A stretch of DNA of 61,359 bases, the filler included, from Circinaria calcarea (taxonomy: Eukaryota): the NCBI GenBank assembly GCA_051942165.1. It is 15 parts of 15 records of this genome, joined end to end, with 100 filler letters (N's around TTAATTAATTAA, not from the genome) between each part and the next. Parts side by side here need not be neighbours in the genome. Positions count along the whole stretch, not along the records: positions 20,539 to 24,541 come from JAVECS010002510.1; positions 24,642 to 28,641 come from JAVECS010002511.1; positions 28,742 to 32,736 come from JAVECS010002512.1; positions 32,837 to 36,830 come from JAVECS010002513.1; 11 more parts are not named here. One strand, 5' to 3'. Of the stretch, positions 22,033 through 33,382 are shown piece by piece. The notes under the pieces were generated by a model. It was not told where the DNA came from. It did no database searches and saw nothing but the letters and a program-made list of their open reading frames with translations. The stretch's first letter is position 1; every line of letters begins with the position of its first letter. Made by a program: the position numbers and the translations under genes.

Positions 22033-24541
22033 ATGATGATGGAGGAATATACATTCGCCGGCTCCAGTGCGCTTGACTTTCCCGTCAATGTGAGAATGTC
22101 GGTCCCTGGCGAAATCAAGCCCAAGACGCCCAGACTGATTCAATCATCTTTTAGAGGCAGCTTAGAGGGGCACCAGACTCCATTACCGTATTCCGTTCTA
22201 CTCAAAAACCCTGAGCTACGCCATGTGGGATCAAACACGAGGTAGCAGGACTCAAGTACTTCTGTTGGTCGACCTCTGATCAATGCAGTGCCCATTCCGA
22301 TATTTATGCGACTGTTCAACTATGGGCCGACTCCAAACCTCTGACTGTTCCTGTCCAAACATCATACCGCTCGTTCAAGAATGAGCGTAAATGGAATGAT
22401 TGGTTACAGCTTCCCTTTAGCATTTCGACGCTCCCTTTGAGTTCGCAACTCGCCATCACCCTCTGGGATGTCTCCCCTATAGGGGGAAAGGGAGCTCGAG
22501 GCCATGCAATACCATTCGGCGGAACCACGGTATCCCTCTTTGATCAAGAAAACACGTTACAAAAAGGTCGACAAAAGTGCCGACTACACCGTCACAAGGC
22601 TGCTGATGGGTTCTCGTCAACTACCACTCCAGCGATTCCCCCAACTCCGCGAGCCCGATCGCGGAAGAGCACGAATGCAGCTGAGGTCAAGAGTGCGGAA
22701 CAGGATGAACTGGAAAGACTAGAGAGACTCTTCCGGAAGCACGAGATGGGCGAAATACCTCGAGTCGACTGGCTAGACATATTGGTTTTTGAGCAGGTAA
22801 GGAAGAAGCAGCTAGAGATAGAAGTTTTGGAAAGGTTATCTAGGAAGAAGAAAGGCAGCAAAGGCCGTATGGAGGATTACGATCAGAAGTCTTCCGCCAA
22901 CAGATCATCCAAGCAGCTACCACAGTCAGGTCGGCAGGATGACACATCCGACGACACTGACCCCGAAGAGATTCTATCTTTAAACATCGATTTTCCACGA
23001 TTCGACTTCCCGGTGGTCTTCACAGATCACGAGTATCCTCCACCACCAATATCATCTCAGCCACATCTTCCACCCACGGCGAACAATGTCAACCTCAAAC
23101 CACCACCGGAAGTTCAACTTGGTCCGGGTATCAACGGACCAGGGCCTGGGGATGGTGACGACGATGCTAATGCTCCCCCCCTTATCAGGGTCTACGATCC
23201 TGAAGTTGGCGCAAAGGATAACCCGGCGGAGAGCAAACACCGACGCCTAGTCCGCAGCCACCGCACGGGCGTCTTGGATAGAGATCTGAAACCAAACGCT
23301 AAGATACGCGATGAGTTCAATACTATCATGTCTTATGGGCCTACTCAAGAGTTGAATGGTGAAGAAAAGGATCTTGTGTGGAAATTTAGACATCATCTCA
23401 CACGCGATAAGCGGGCACTTACTAAATTTGTCAAATCTGTTAACTGGCAGGATCAGGGTGAAGCCCGTCAAGCTCTACAAATATTACCAAAGTGGACGGA
23501 GATTGATGTCGACGATGCTTTGGAACTCCTGGGTCCTACATTCGACAATCAGACTGTGAGGGCCTATGCAGTGGATCGACTGCGTAAGTCGGATGATGAG
23601 GAGCTACTTCTCTATCTGCTTCAGCTGGTACAGGCGCTCAAGTTTGAGAAGATATCACTGGAGAAAGATGATGACCACGCTTTGGACTCCTCACTGGCCA
23701 ACTTCCTCATATCACGTGCTACAAGTAATTTTATGCTCGGCAACTATCTACACTGGTACCTTATGGTGGAATGTGATGACCGAAGCTCTGATCAGGTGAA
23801 GGAAAACCGTAAGCTTTTTGCCAAGGTGGAATTCGATTTCATGACTCAATTGATGCAAGTACCTGGTGGACCAGAACGGCGAAAGCAGTTGTTGCGACAG
23901 GGGGAGTTGATAACGGTGCTCTCCAAGATATCAAAAGACATTCGTTTCTCGCGCGAGGACCGGCCACGTAAGGTAGAGAAGTTGAAGAAATATCTAGCTG
24001 ATCCAAAGAACGAGCTCACATCATTCGATCCACCATTGCCCCTGCCGCTGGATCCTAGCATTTCCATCATCGGCTGTTATCCCGAGGATTCAATGGTCTT
24101 TAAATCCTCCTTATTTCCTCTCCTTATCCATTTCAAGACATCAGACGGTAGGAAATACCCCATCATTTTCAAAACAGGCGACGATCTTCGGCAAGATCAA
24201 CTCGTCATTCAGATCATCTCCCTCATGGACAGGCTACTACGTAAAGAAAATCTGGATTTGAAATTATCACCCTACCGAATCTTAGCGACCAGTGCGAACG
24301 CGGGAGCTGTACAGTTTGTGGCATCCATGAGCTTGGCAGCTGCTGCGGCCAAATACAAAGGTGGCATACTGGCATACCTACGGTTGAACAACCCGGATGA
24401 TAAAGCGGAGCTGGGTGTCCGGAGAGAAGCAATGGATACATACGTAAAGAGCTGTGCGGGTTACTGTGTTGTAACATATTTGCTAGGAGTGGGCGATAGG
24501 CATCTGGACAACCTCCTCCTTGCCCCAGACGGTACATATCC
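22033..24541 (+). CDS. VPS34: Class III PI 3-kinase Vps34, 3' truncated
   Basis: C2 region (WNDWLQLP..SSQLAITLWD), helical domain (VDDALELLG, LLLYLLQLVQAL), kinase IFKTGDDLRQDQL and YLLGVGDRHLDN; two short 5' introns. Confidence 0.97.
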
Positions 24542-24641
24542 NNNNNNNNNNNNNNNNNNNNNNNNNNNNNNNNNNNNNNNNNNNNTTAATTAATTAANNN
24601 NNNNNNNNNNNNNNNNNNNNNNNNNNNNNNNNNNNNNNNNN

Positions 24642-26569
24642 CCTCTCCTCCATCCTTCCCATCCCCATCCCCATCTTCTTACCCGGCGTCGACCTCCCCA
24701 TGCCCATCCCAAATCCCCCTCGCCCTTCCGCTCCCCCGACCAAACTCAACGTCTCCAGACTCCCAATTACATCCGCAAACTCCGTCGCCGTGAGCGCGTG
24801 CAGCGCGTTCTCCCGCTTGCATAGCGCGCAGTACATATCGTACAGTTTCCGGATCGTTGGTACGGTGTTAGCGGATTTGGACGGCGTGGCGAAGAGGTTG
24901 CGGCTGCGGCTTTGCTGTTTCTTTTCGAAGGCGACAAGGGCACACAGGGCTGCTTTTTGCTGGAGGTTGAGTGATTGCAGGCGTTGGGCGGTGCCATTGT
25001 TGAAGGCGGATGCGGTGACGCGCGCCATGTGTACTATGGTCGCTCGAGGTGCTGTTTCTGGCGTCAGGCGAGCTAAAGAGTCGGAGAGACTGGGTGTTTT
25101 AAGAGCGAGACGAGATGGTGAGCATGGAGAAGAGAGATTGATATTTTCGACTAGGGGAGTTTTGGAAGGACTGGCTTGCAGAGCTTCTGACGTCAATTCA
25201 TCCTGGTGTTTCTGTTTCGTTTCGGCCTCAACAAGGTCGATTGTGCGGCGGACAATGTCGAATGCTTTCCTGAGATCGCCTGTCTGCGATGCTACCTTTT
25301 TCGAGCAGAATTGGATCGCGACTGGATGGAGGAATGGAACATAGTTTGGTCCTGCGGTCGTAGGAGGTGGGAGGAGAGATTGAAGCTTGGTGGTGATGAC
25401 GGAAGCGATTTGGGAAACCGTGTAAGGGAGAAATGGAAGGAGTTGGGGCTTGAGATTCCTGGCTTTGAGTCGGGGAAGGAAGCGGTCGGTTAAGTCGAGC
25501 GCATTGGCAATCCCAAGGAGGATGAGGCGTGAGGAGCGGTGAAGAGACCATTCAAAGAGAGTATGGAGAATTTCCAGATCCAAAGTAAGGAGATGGTCAA
25601 TCTCATCGAGGGTGACAACATAGACATGGTTTGATGTGCCTTTCTTTGGCAGGAACATTGTTTTTAGTTTTACCGTTTCATTGCCTTGCTGAAACGCATC
25701 ACCTCCAAGATCTCCAAGGAGTTTGCAGTAGATGTCCTTCGAGTTCTTGACGCTCATGCAATTGATGTAAGCGGTCCGGACATCTTCTGTTCCCTGTAGG
25801 TCTCCACAGACCTCCCCAACCAGTGCACTCTTGCCTGTCCCGGGGGGGCCGCTCACATACATGCAACGACCTGATTTAGACGTGACTCCTTCCTGAATGA
25901 AATTGGTGAGGGTAGAGCGTTCGTTGTCTCGACCGATTAGCCGACCTGGATTCGCACTTCTTACAAACAGCTGTCGTGCACAATTATAGACAGTTGGCGA
26001 ATTGCTTGGCGTCGATGATGTCCGAGGCGTCCTTGGTGTAAATGGCTTTCCTCCGACAATGACTCTGTGTCGAGGAGTAATTGGTATCCTCTTTGAAAGA
26101 GCGTCTCGGTGTCGCGGTGTTTGCGGAGTGGGAAGTTGCTTTATCTCCTCGGGCTCCCCTACAACTTTTAGTGATTTCATAGCAGCCGAAGGGCTTTTCG
26201 ACATACTCTCGTCATATTTTGAGCGCTTCAGCCGTTCGTTGACCTTTGCGGGTGACAGCGCGACTCTTCCTGCTGTCGCGGTATGTTTGGAACATACAGG
26301 GAAATCATTCGAGGAATTATTGAGAATATCCAATACATTTTGCGAATTTTCCACGGGCAAATCACCATCATGGCGGACAGCTTCTTGATCGCGCTGAACA
26401 AATTCCGGATCTGCATTCTCGTCGTTGATGATTGAGAAACGGGTCCTGCGTTTGCGCGAGACGAGAGACGATGGATTATCTGTCAAGTATAAGTGTGGTG
26501 CGTGGCAGCATGATCGTTCCTTTGATGCTTACCTGGAGCTCTTGCCCTTTTACCCAACGTACTTGCCAT
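24642..26569 (-). CDS. CDC6: Replication licensing AAA+ ATPase Cdc6/Cdc18, 3' truncated
   Basis: YVSGPPGTGKS Walker A, LDEIDHL Walker B, GIANALDLTDR, GDLRKAFD and winged-helix tail. ATG 26569 (MASTLGKRARAP) with an intron near 26532-26482. Confidence 0.96.
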
Positions 26570-26644
26570 AGTTCGTTCGCTGCTTTTCGATGTTCGAGGA
26601 ACTCACGCTGCTTGAAGTTGAGAAAACGGGGAAAGTGTTGGCGG

Positions 26645-26650
26645 ACGCGT
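26645..26650. promoter_or_regulatory. MCB box (ACGCGT) upstream of CDC6
   Basis: Perfect MluI cell-cycle box about 75 bp upstream of the CDC6 ATG; CDC6/cdc18 are established MBF targets in yeasts. Confidence 0.6.
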
Positions 26651-26713
26651 TTTAGCGTGACTGCTGAAATTTATATCCATGCTAGTACGACAGGATTGGG
26701 CTCGGGTCCAAGC

Positions 26714-26994
26714 GAGGCCGGTTGTGCAAAAGTCGTTGCCGAGTTGCGAGCATTTTTACCCTGTGGGGAAAATCAACCACTAACTGTTAAGGAGGAGCTA
26801 CTCTAGCTCGTTTCTTGGAAGTGTATGGATTTGGCATGATTCAGAGAAGAGTTAGAGAAGTTAGACAACATATAGTTTATCTGTATATGAGGTTTTACAT
26901 GTGGTATTGACCATGGAATGTCCAAAAAATTTTGAAGTTCCCGCGGCACACTAAATTATTTCTAAGTCGGCAACGACTTTTGCACACCGGCCTC
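26714..26994. mobile_element. MITE-like element A (about 280 bp, 31-32-bp imperfect TIRs)
   Basis: Left end GAGGCCGGTTGTGCAAAAGTCGTTGCCGAGTT (26714-26745) versus reverse complement of 26964-26994 GAGGCCGG-TGTGCAAAAGTCGTTGCCGACTT; non-coding AT-rich interior; no clean TSD. Confidence 0.75.
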
Positions 26995-27663
26995 TCTGTG
27001 ATAACGCTTCTTGGGGTTTCCTATGCTTAAGGCTTAAATAAGCCTCTGACTGGATATACCACCGAGCGTCCATCTAGCATTATCATTGCTTTGCCAAACC
27101 GACGCAAGGGCAACAAGCCGTTATCCAAAAAGCAATGAATATAATTATGCCAATAATATCTGCATTCATATACAAATTATTCTTTATGGGGGTAGCCAGC
27201 AGTGCAAACTGCGTTTTCCATCACCCCTATCAATAACCCAAAATATTCTCATGGCTACAACATAACCACTGTCCGGAATTGGTGTTCCAGTCGTCTGGTA
27301 CATTAAAATCTCCCCCGTATTGACATAGATTGTGGTTTCATTTGATCCTCCTTTCAACTTAGCCCCTGTAGAACAAGTCCAAAGTAGCCTGCCCGGGGTA
27401 ATTGGCATGAGTGATAAGATATGTAATGGTCAGTGGGACAGAATATGATCCTAGTTTGGATATTTACAAGGTGGAGAATGCTCTATCGAGTATCTATTAG
27501 ATACGAAGATGACACAGGACACACCTTCATACTTCCTTGTAATTAACAAGAATTGGCAGATGTACACCTACAAATGGAAGACACGGGGCCCCAAGGATAT
27601 CTCCTGCCAAGTACAGGGTATCAAAGAATCTATCAAAACTTCCATACAGGAAAGGAGTACGTA

Positions 27664-27900
27664 AGAGTATGGAGCAAAAGTCACCGGACACCCTGAACCT
27701 TTTCCAAGTCCGCTCACCGCAGGGTAAATTAATAATTTCGTAAATTACGGCCCACCTGGCCAAATTAGCCGGGACAACTCTATTCTGGTACTGCGCAAAA
27801 TTCAAACGCCTTACGTAATTTACCGGTATTATCAACTTACCCTACGGTGGGCGAACTTAGAAGAAATTTAGGGTGTCCGGTGACTTTTGCTCCATACTCT
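27664..27900. mobile_element. Tc1/mariner-type MITE/foldback element B (237 bp, TA TSD)
   Basis: TA|AGAGTATGGAGCAAAAGTCACCGGACACCCT ... AGGGTGTCCGGTGACTTTTGCTCCATACTCT|TA: perfect 31-bp TIR, extending imperfectly to arms of about 90 bp. Confidence 0.88.
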
Positions 27901-28254
27901 TACCTTGGGCGGATGCCGGCGCTTGCTCCACGCAATGCAAGGATTCGAAGTAATCCGTCGGAACTTCACCAACCAATGACGCCCGGCGGCTATGTTGCAA
28001 GTATGCGGTCTGAATATGGGCTGCATCTGCCTACTTTTGTACCTATTACGTACTTTTATGTGACTGAAGAAGAGACTGCACCTCAACCTCTCAGCTCAAA
28101 GCCACTCACCGTGTTTGTATCTCTTCTCCTCACTATCGCGTCCCAAGAACCCCTCCAATTCAAAGTGCGAGACGCTGTGAGCAGTCTTCGAAATTTGGTG
28201 CAAATCATATCAGAGCGAGCCTGAAGTATCCTCACCTGCAGCACCAACAATTCA

Positions 28255-28641
28255 ATGGCGGGGCGGTATGGGACAGCAGGGGAAGACATGTTCTTGCAAA
28301 AGCCATCGAATTCCGACACACCAACCGTCGGACCTCTAAGAATCAACAAACGAGAGTCAGCGTCTCCAGAGCCTCGCGCGACATCGACAACCGGTCAGAA
28401 ACTCAGCTATCCACCGCCGAATACGTATGTTCTTCCACCAGGCGCATCAAGTTCGCCCGCTCCTTTACCCTATCCTGATGACCCCCAGCAACCTGTTGGC
28501 ACTAGTCGTGCCGGTCATTTACCATATCCCGATCGCTTCGAAGCTGCTGAGCAAGGGAGGACTTCGCCAGTTTACAGCTCGTCTTCATCCGCACATTCGA
28601 CATCAGCGGATCCAAGTAGAGCCGGCATACCAGAATATCCT
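28255..28641 (+). CDS. N-terminus of a Pro/Ser-rich protein of unknown identity (3' truncated)
   Basis: CAATGG start context; open frame to the contig end; repeated LPYPD motif. Confidence 0.65.
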
Positions 28642-28741
28642 NNNNNNNNNNNNNNNNNNNNNNNNNNNNNNNNNNNNNNNNNNNNTTAATTAATTAANNN
28701 NNNNNNNNNNNNNNNNNNNNNNNNNNNNNNNNNNNNNNNNN

Positions 28742-29401
28742 ATTGCTGATAAGTGAGACCAGGAGAGCTTGGGTTCGGTTCACCGTAACCTGTCCTGGGT
28801 GGAGGAGCCTGGTTCGCTACCAAGGGTGCCTTTTGTTCCTGCATCGGATCCAATCTGCCCAACTCCACATCTTCCTGTTTGCGCTCCTCAAAGACCTTTC
28901 TCGAATTTGCAGTATCCCAGCTCGGCATCGCAGGCAGAGAATCGTCGTGGGGGTTTCCCTGTTGACTAGCATCAAACCGAGCGTACTGCGGTTGAGCATT
29001 GTATACCGGTGGGGCAGGTGTTGGCTGGTAACCTTGGTAAGGTTGATACGGTGGGTGAGAGTCGGCGTATTTTGCCGGCCTGTTCCGACGCCTTCCAGAC
29101 GGGCAACATGCGTTGAAACACGCGAAGCAGCCACAGCAGCACTCGACCCCGCAACAGAGGCAGCGCACAAGGCACCAAATTATTGAGAGGACAATGACAG
29201 AGGCGATGATGATACCGATGATCGCTGGCCATCTGGGATAAATCAGTGGTCTAGCCTTGTGGGTCAAATGATGGATTTCGCAACAACGCACTTGCAGTAT
29301 GGCTTGGACATGCAACTATTCCAGCTCGAGAAGGTCTGTCTAACCCCATTGACATCTGATGATATGCTTTGCCGTTGCACAAGGGTTACGAATGCCGCCA
29401 T
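28742..29401 (-). CDS. Pin2-like single-pass membrane protein with Cys-rich juxtamembrane cluster (3' truncated)
   Basis: ATG 29401: MAAFVTLVQRQ..TFSSWNSCMSKPYCK, intron 29291-29233, WPAIIGIIIASVIVLSIIWCLVRCLCCGVECCCGC; DSLPAMPSW. Confidence 0.75.
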
Positions 29402-30071
29402 AACGATGGAAAGTCAAAGAGACTTGACGTGGATGCGATCGCAGAACGAGGCAGGAATCAAACGAGTGAAGAAGTGAGAGTAGTGTCCTACGAAAGGCTT
29501 CGGTTCGTGTCTGTCGTCGAGGCTCTTGCGGAGGGGTAATGAATCGGCTCGAAGGCAAAGAACCGTAGCGGAACTCGTCATGCGTGATGGCTGGGGGGTT
29601 ACCTCTAATGATTGTATACTGATGATCTGCAGGGGCAGTGTTTCGTTTTCCTTAATTAGATTCGCCTCGCTTAAGTACCTTACCCTTACCTCAGGCCTTA
29701 TCGATAGGCTGCGACTACTCTAAAACAGATTCGTCACCTTCAGTCCATCACGATCCTTAGACTGACTTGTACAGCCTCTGCATAGAGACGATTCACTCAT
29801 GCATGTGGAAAGCATGGGCTCTTTGATATGACCGGCCGTCACGATTATGGTTAGAGATGTTATTGCAATGATAATTCGAGATCCAGGCTGGCTAAATCTC
29901 CATCGGATATTTCCCGCATTATGATACATGGACACCGAACTTGGGGTAAGAAAACTTCAACATATACCAGAACCTAGAATCCGTACCTCTTGAAATGGTG
30001 TAAATTGCCAATGCTCGACACGCCCAGGCCTCGTAGGTTCAATCGACAAGCCGTATACAGCGACAACCACC

Positions 30072-30492
30072 TTACAGAGCGTGCAGCAGAATACCCCCCA
30101 CGGCGACCCCTATGAGCCCGGTGAGCGCAACCAGATTCGAAGACGCCGTGTTAGTGCTCGTCGTGGTATCTCCCACGCTGCCGCCGCTTGCCGCCGATCC
30201 TCCTGACTGGGCGGTTGCTAACGGGGTGTTGGCGGACATGGACGAGCTACTCGTGGTACTAGAGGAGGCGGCCGAGCTGGTCGTAGTCATCGAAGACATG
30301 CTAGACGATCCGCTCACTGACGAGGTCATCGGGGCCGCGGGTACGATGTCGTTGCCTCCGCTACTGAGTGACACGGTGGCAGCTTGGCTATTTTCCTGAG
30401 GGTTGCGCTCGTGTAACTAGACCACGTGAGACAAGCTGCCATGGTATGGGAATAGATGACAGGGAGGTGAGAAGAAGTTGAAAGCTTAGCAT
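30072..30492 (-). pseudogene. Small Ser/Thr-rich GPI-anchor-type protein, apparently disrupted at its 5' end
   Basis: Ser/Thr stalk ending NTASS-NLVALTGLIGVAVGGILLHAL* (GPI signal). The upstream frame has an in-frame TAG (HVV*LHERNPQ), and the signal-peptide-like MLSFQLLLTSL is in another frame. Confidence 0.5.
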
Positions 30493-31381
30493 TACATTCG
30501 AGTTCGCGGAAGTGCTGAGTAGGAGGAAAGTGACAGCGAACGCGGCTATCGTTCGGAAGTGATACATAATGTCGACACTGAAAAGTGCAAGTTTCCAACA
30601 GCGGGTAGCGATAGTTCTAGCAGAAAGTTTGTTGAGCAGAGGATCAATCGAGATTATTATAGATTATTATAGATTGTTAACCCTTTATCCGGTCCATGTG
30701 ATATGCCCGACAAACCATGACATATGTACATTGACATTACGAGACCTTTTCCGAGTGTCGATCCTCTTCGAACAGCAGGAGAGCCACCAATTGGTTGACC
30801 GTGTCCGTCAACGTGGGCATGATTGGGAGGGCCATCTGCTCATGTTACTGGTACGGAGACGTTTAGAAATGAACGTCATCAACACCCAATCCAGGAAGGT
30901 GCCTCGCTAGATAAGTTCTTTTGCATTGTGCAGAGAGAAATCCAACGCCTCGAAAACCATGAGGGTCGGAAATGTAGAATGAAGCTCTTTATTTGCGACC
31001 TTCTCTTGTAGGCTACACTATCATTTATCGATCAAGTACTTGGCCTATTCTAACCCACAGGCGTTATCATTGACGAACCCCGGCTACACACACGGAAGAC
31101 TCAGCCAGCCAGGCACAGCCTTTTATAAAATCCTTTCCCGTGCGGGGACGATCCAGATGAGCTGCATTGAAACCGGATGCCGATCAACCAAACGTTCATG
31201 ACCTCAAACCGAAAAAAAGGGGTCAGAAACTATATATTTACAAGGAATCCGCAAAACTACCGACGGTAGCCTTGGAATTCATCTTGCATTCTTACACAGA
31301 CAGACTGTGTACATGTGGACGGGAGCACATAGCAGTCCTCTTTCTTCCACCCAACCCGACTCCTCTCCCTGTCCTACTTCA

Positions 31382-32736
31382 TCAAAATGCCAACCGGCCT
31401 AAACCCCTTTCCACCACAGCACCTTGAACGCCCTCTTCCACCCTCTCCAGCGCCACTTTCCACGGTCCCTCCCCTCCTCCCTGGTCGACTACCCAGCGCA
31501 GCCACTTCACCACCCCCACCGCCTTCGCCATATCCTTTTCCTCCAGAATCACCCGTCGTAAATAGAGCACCAGGGCATCCACATCCTCATCGTAGGGCTT
31601 TTCGTCTTTGAACTCTTCAAACCAAGCACTCGCCGCTTCCCTCAAATCCGGCAAGGCACTCAACTTGTTAGCCGTAAATGTTGGTTTGGCAGGACGTGGC
31701 GGTAGATGCAGTCGACGTTGCCCTGGTACTGGTTGGTCAGGGGCTTGCCGTTGCTTCTTCTTCGCGGCAATATCGATCCCGCCCCGTCGTTTGAGACGGT
31801 CGCGACGTTGCTGGGCAAGCACTTCACGACGAATGTCTTCTGGGAGGGCCGAGAGAAATTCAGCAGACACTTCTTCACTTTCGCCTGCCAAGTTGGAATC
31901 ATCTGCTTCGGTAGGGGCGCGGCTGGCGACGAAGTTGGATTGAGTTAGGGTGGAGTTGGAGCCGAATTTACTCGATCGCTTGCCTCGGAGAAGAAGGCCT
32001 GTACGCTTTTTGGCAGGAGTAGTGGTTTTCTTACCAGAGGCTTTGATAGAGCGATTCTTACGAGGAGATTGAGGTAACACAGACTGATTGCGAGGCTTAA
32101 CTGGAGATTTGTTATAGTATGCAAGGATCTCGGCTTGAACGTCGGGAGGGAGGGCTTCGAGTGTCTCTTGATCAACCTGGGACTGAGTTGGGAAAGCATC
32201 AGCATGTACTGCCGGGGAGTTGGATGGCGGTTCAAGAATAATTTGTTCGGTCATAGGACGGTGCGGACTACCTGATTTGTTAAGCCCCAAGTTCGGTAAC
32301 AGTTTGGACCTGATATCAGCGGGAAGTTCCGCGAGTACCTCGGGATCAACTTGCGTAGGTAGTACAAATTGCGTGCCCAGCGTATTCAAGGGTTTGCGAT
32401 GCTCAGGATCTGAAGGTGATGCGGCTGCGATAACAGCGGCTGGATGCATCGGTCTAGGAGGACTTTCGATGTCGTCCATAATTTGATCCGCGTTTGGCTG
32501 CTTTGGAGGCGCCATGAATTGGAGACGCTTTTGACTGCTTTCCAAAGGCGCACCTGCAGACGCTTTCAGAGGCTCTAATTTTGTCACCTGCACTCCTATC
32601 CCCCTGAGCTCTCCTGGAGGAAAGCCCCATCCTCGCATGATTGAAATCGCTTCTCGACCAAGAATTTCTTTCTGATTTGTCGCTACGCCAAGAACGACAC
32701 TCTTGTTGAAGACGTCGCATTTGCCATGGCCCAAGT
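31382..32736 (-). CDS. REV1: Translesion polymerase Rev1, C-terminal part (5' truncated)
   Basis: GHGKCDVFNKS..ELRGIGVQVTKLE (end of PAD), three UBM-like motifs (DPEVLAELPADIR, LEALPPDVQAEI, FLSALPEDIRRE) and the Rev1 C-terminal domain. Confidence 0.93.
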
Positions 32737-33382
32737 NNNNNNNNNNNNNNNNNNNNNNNNNNNNNNNNNNNNNNNNNNNNTTAATTAATTAANNNNNNNN
32801 NNNNNNNNNNNNNNNNNNNNNNNNNNNNNNNNNNNNTTTACAAGGAGCTTAGATGCAGTGGCTGTGATGGGTCGGCCGGGCTGAAAGGTAGAGAATCCCG
32901 GGTGGGAGTGGTGATAAAATCTTCACGTGTAATAATTTCACTCTATGAATGGTTTCGGCGTAAAAGATGTCTGTAATTATGAAGGCTTAAACATGTAAGA
33001 TATATGGTACAGCGACGATATATCTTACTACGTGGATATATTTGGTGGGTACATAATCATAGGAACTCTCCCCGGTACGAGCGGTAGGAGCTCTGGCCCA
33101 CTCACCCGTACTCGGTCGGTTCCCTTCGAGTTTAGGGCGGGTGCTTTCTTTGAACGTTCCTGGCAAGTCCACCATATTATCCTTCAACGTCCCTTCGCCA
33201 TGGTGTAGAAAACTCTCTAACCTCATCCTCATACTCTTCCATCCACGCCTTTTCAAAGTGTAGGAGCAGAGATACTATTGTACGCCTGTTGGGATTTTCT
33301 GTTGTGGCTATCTCCAATGCTTGTCCGCGTATTCCCTCTTTTCTCGAGCTCCTGTAGCCTAGGCTTCACGCCTGTTTCACGC

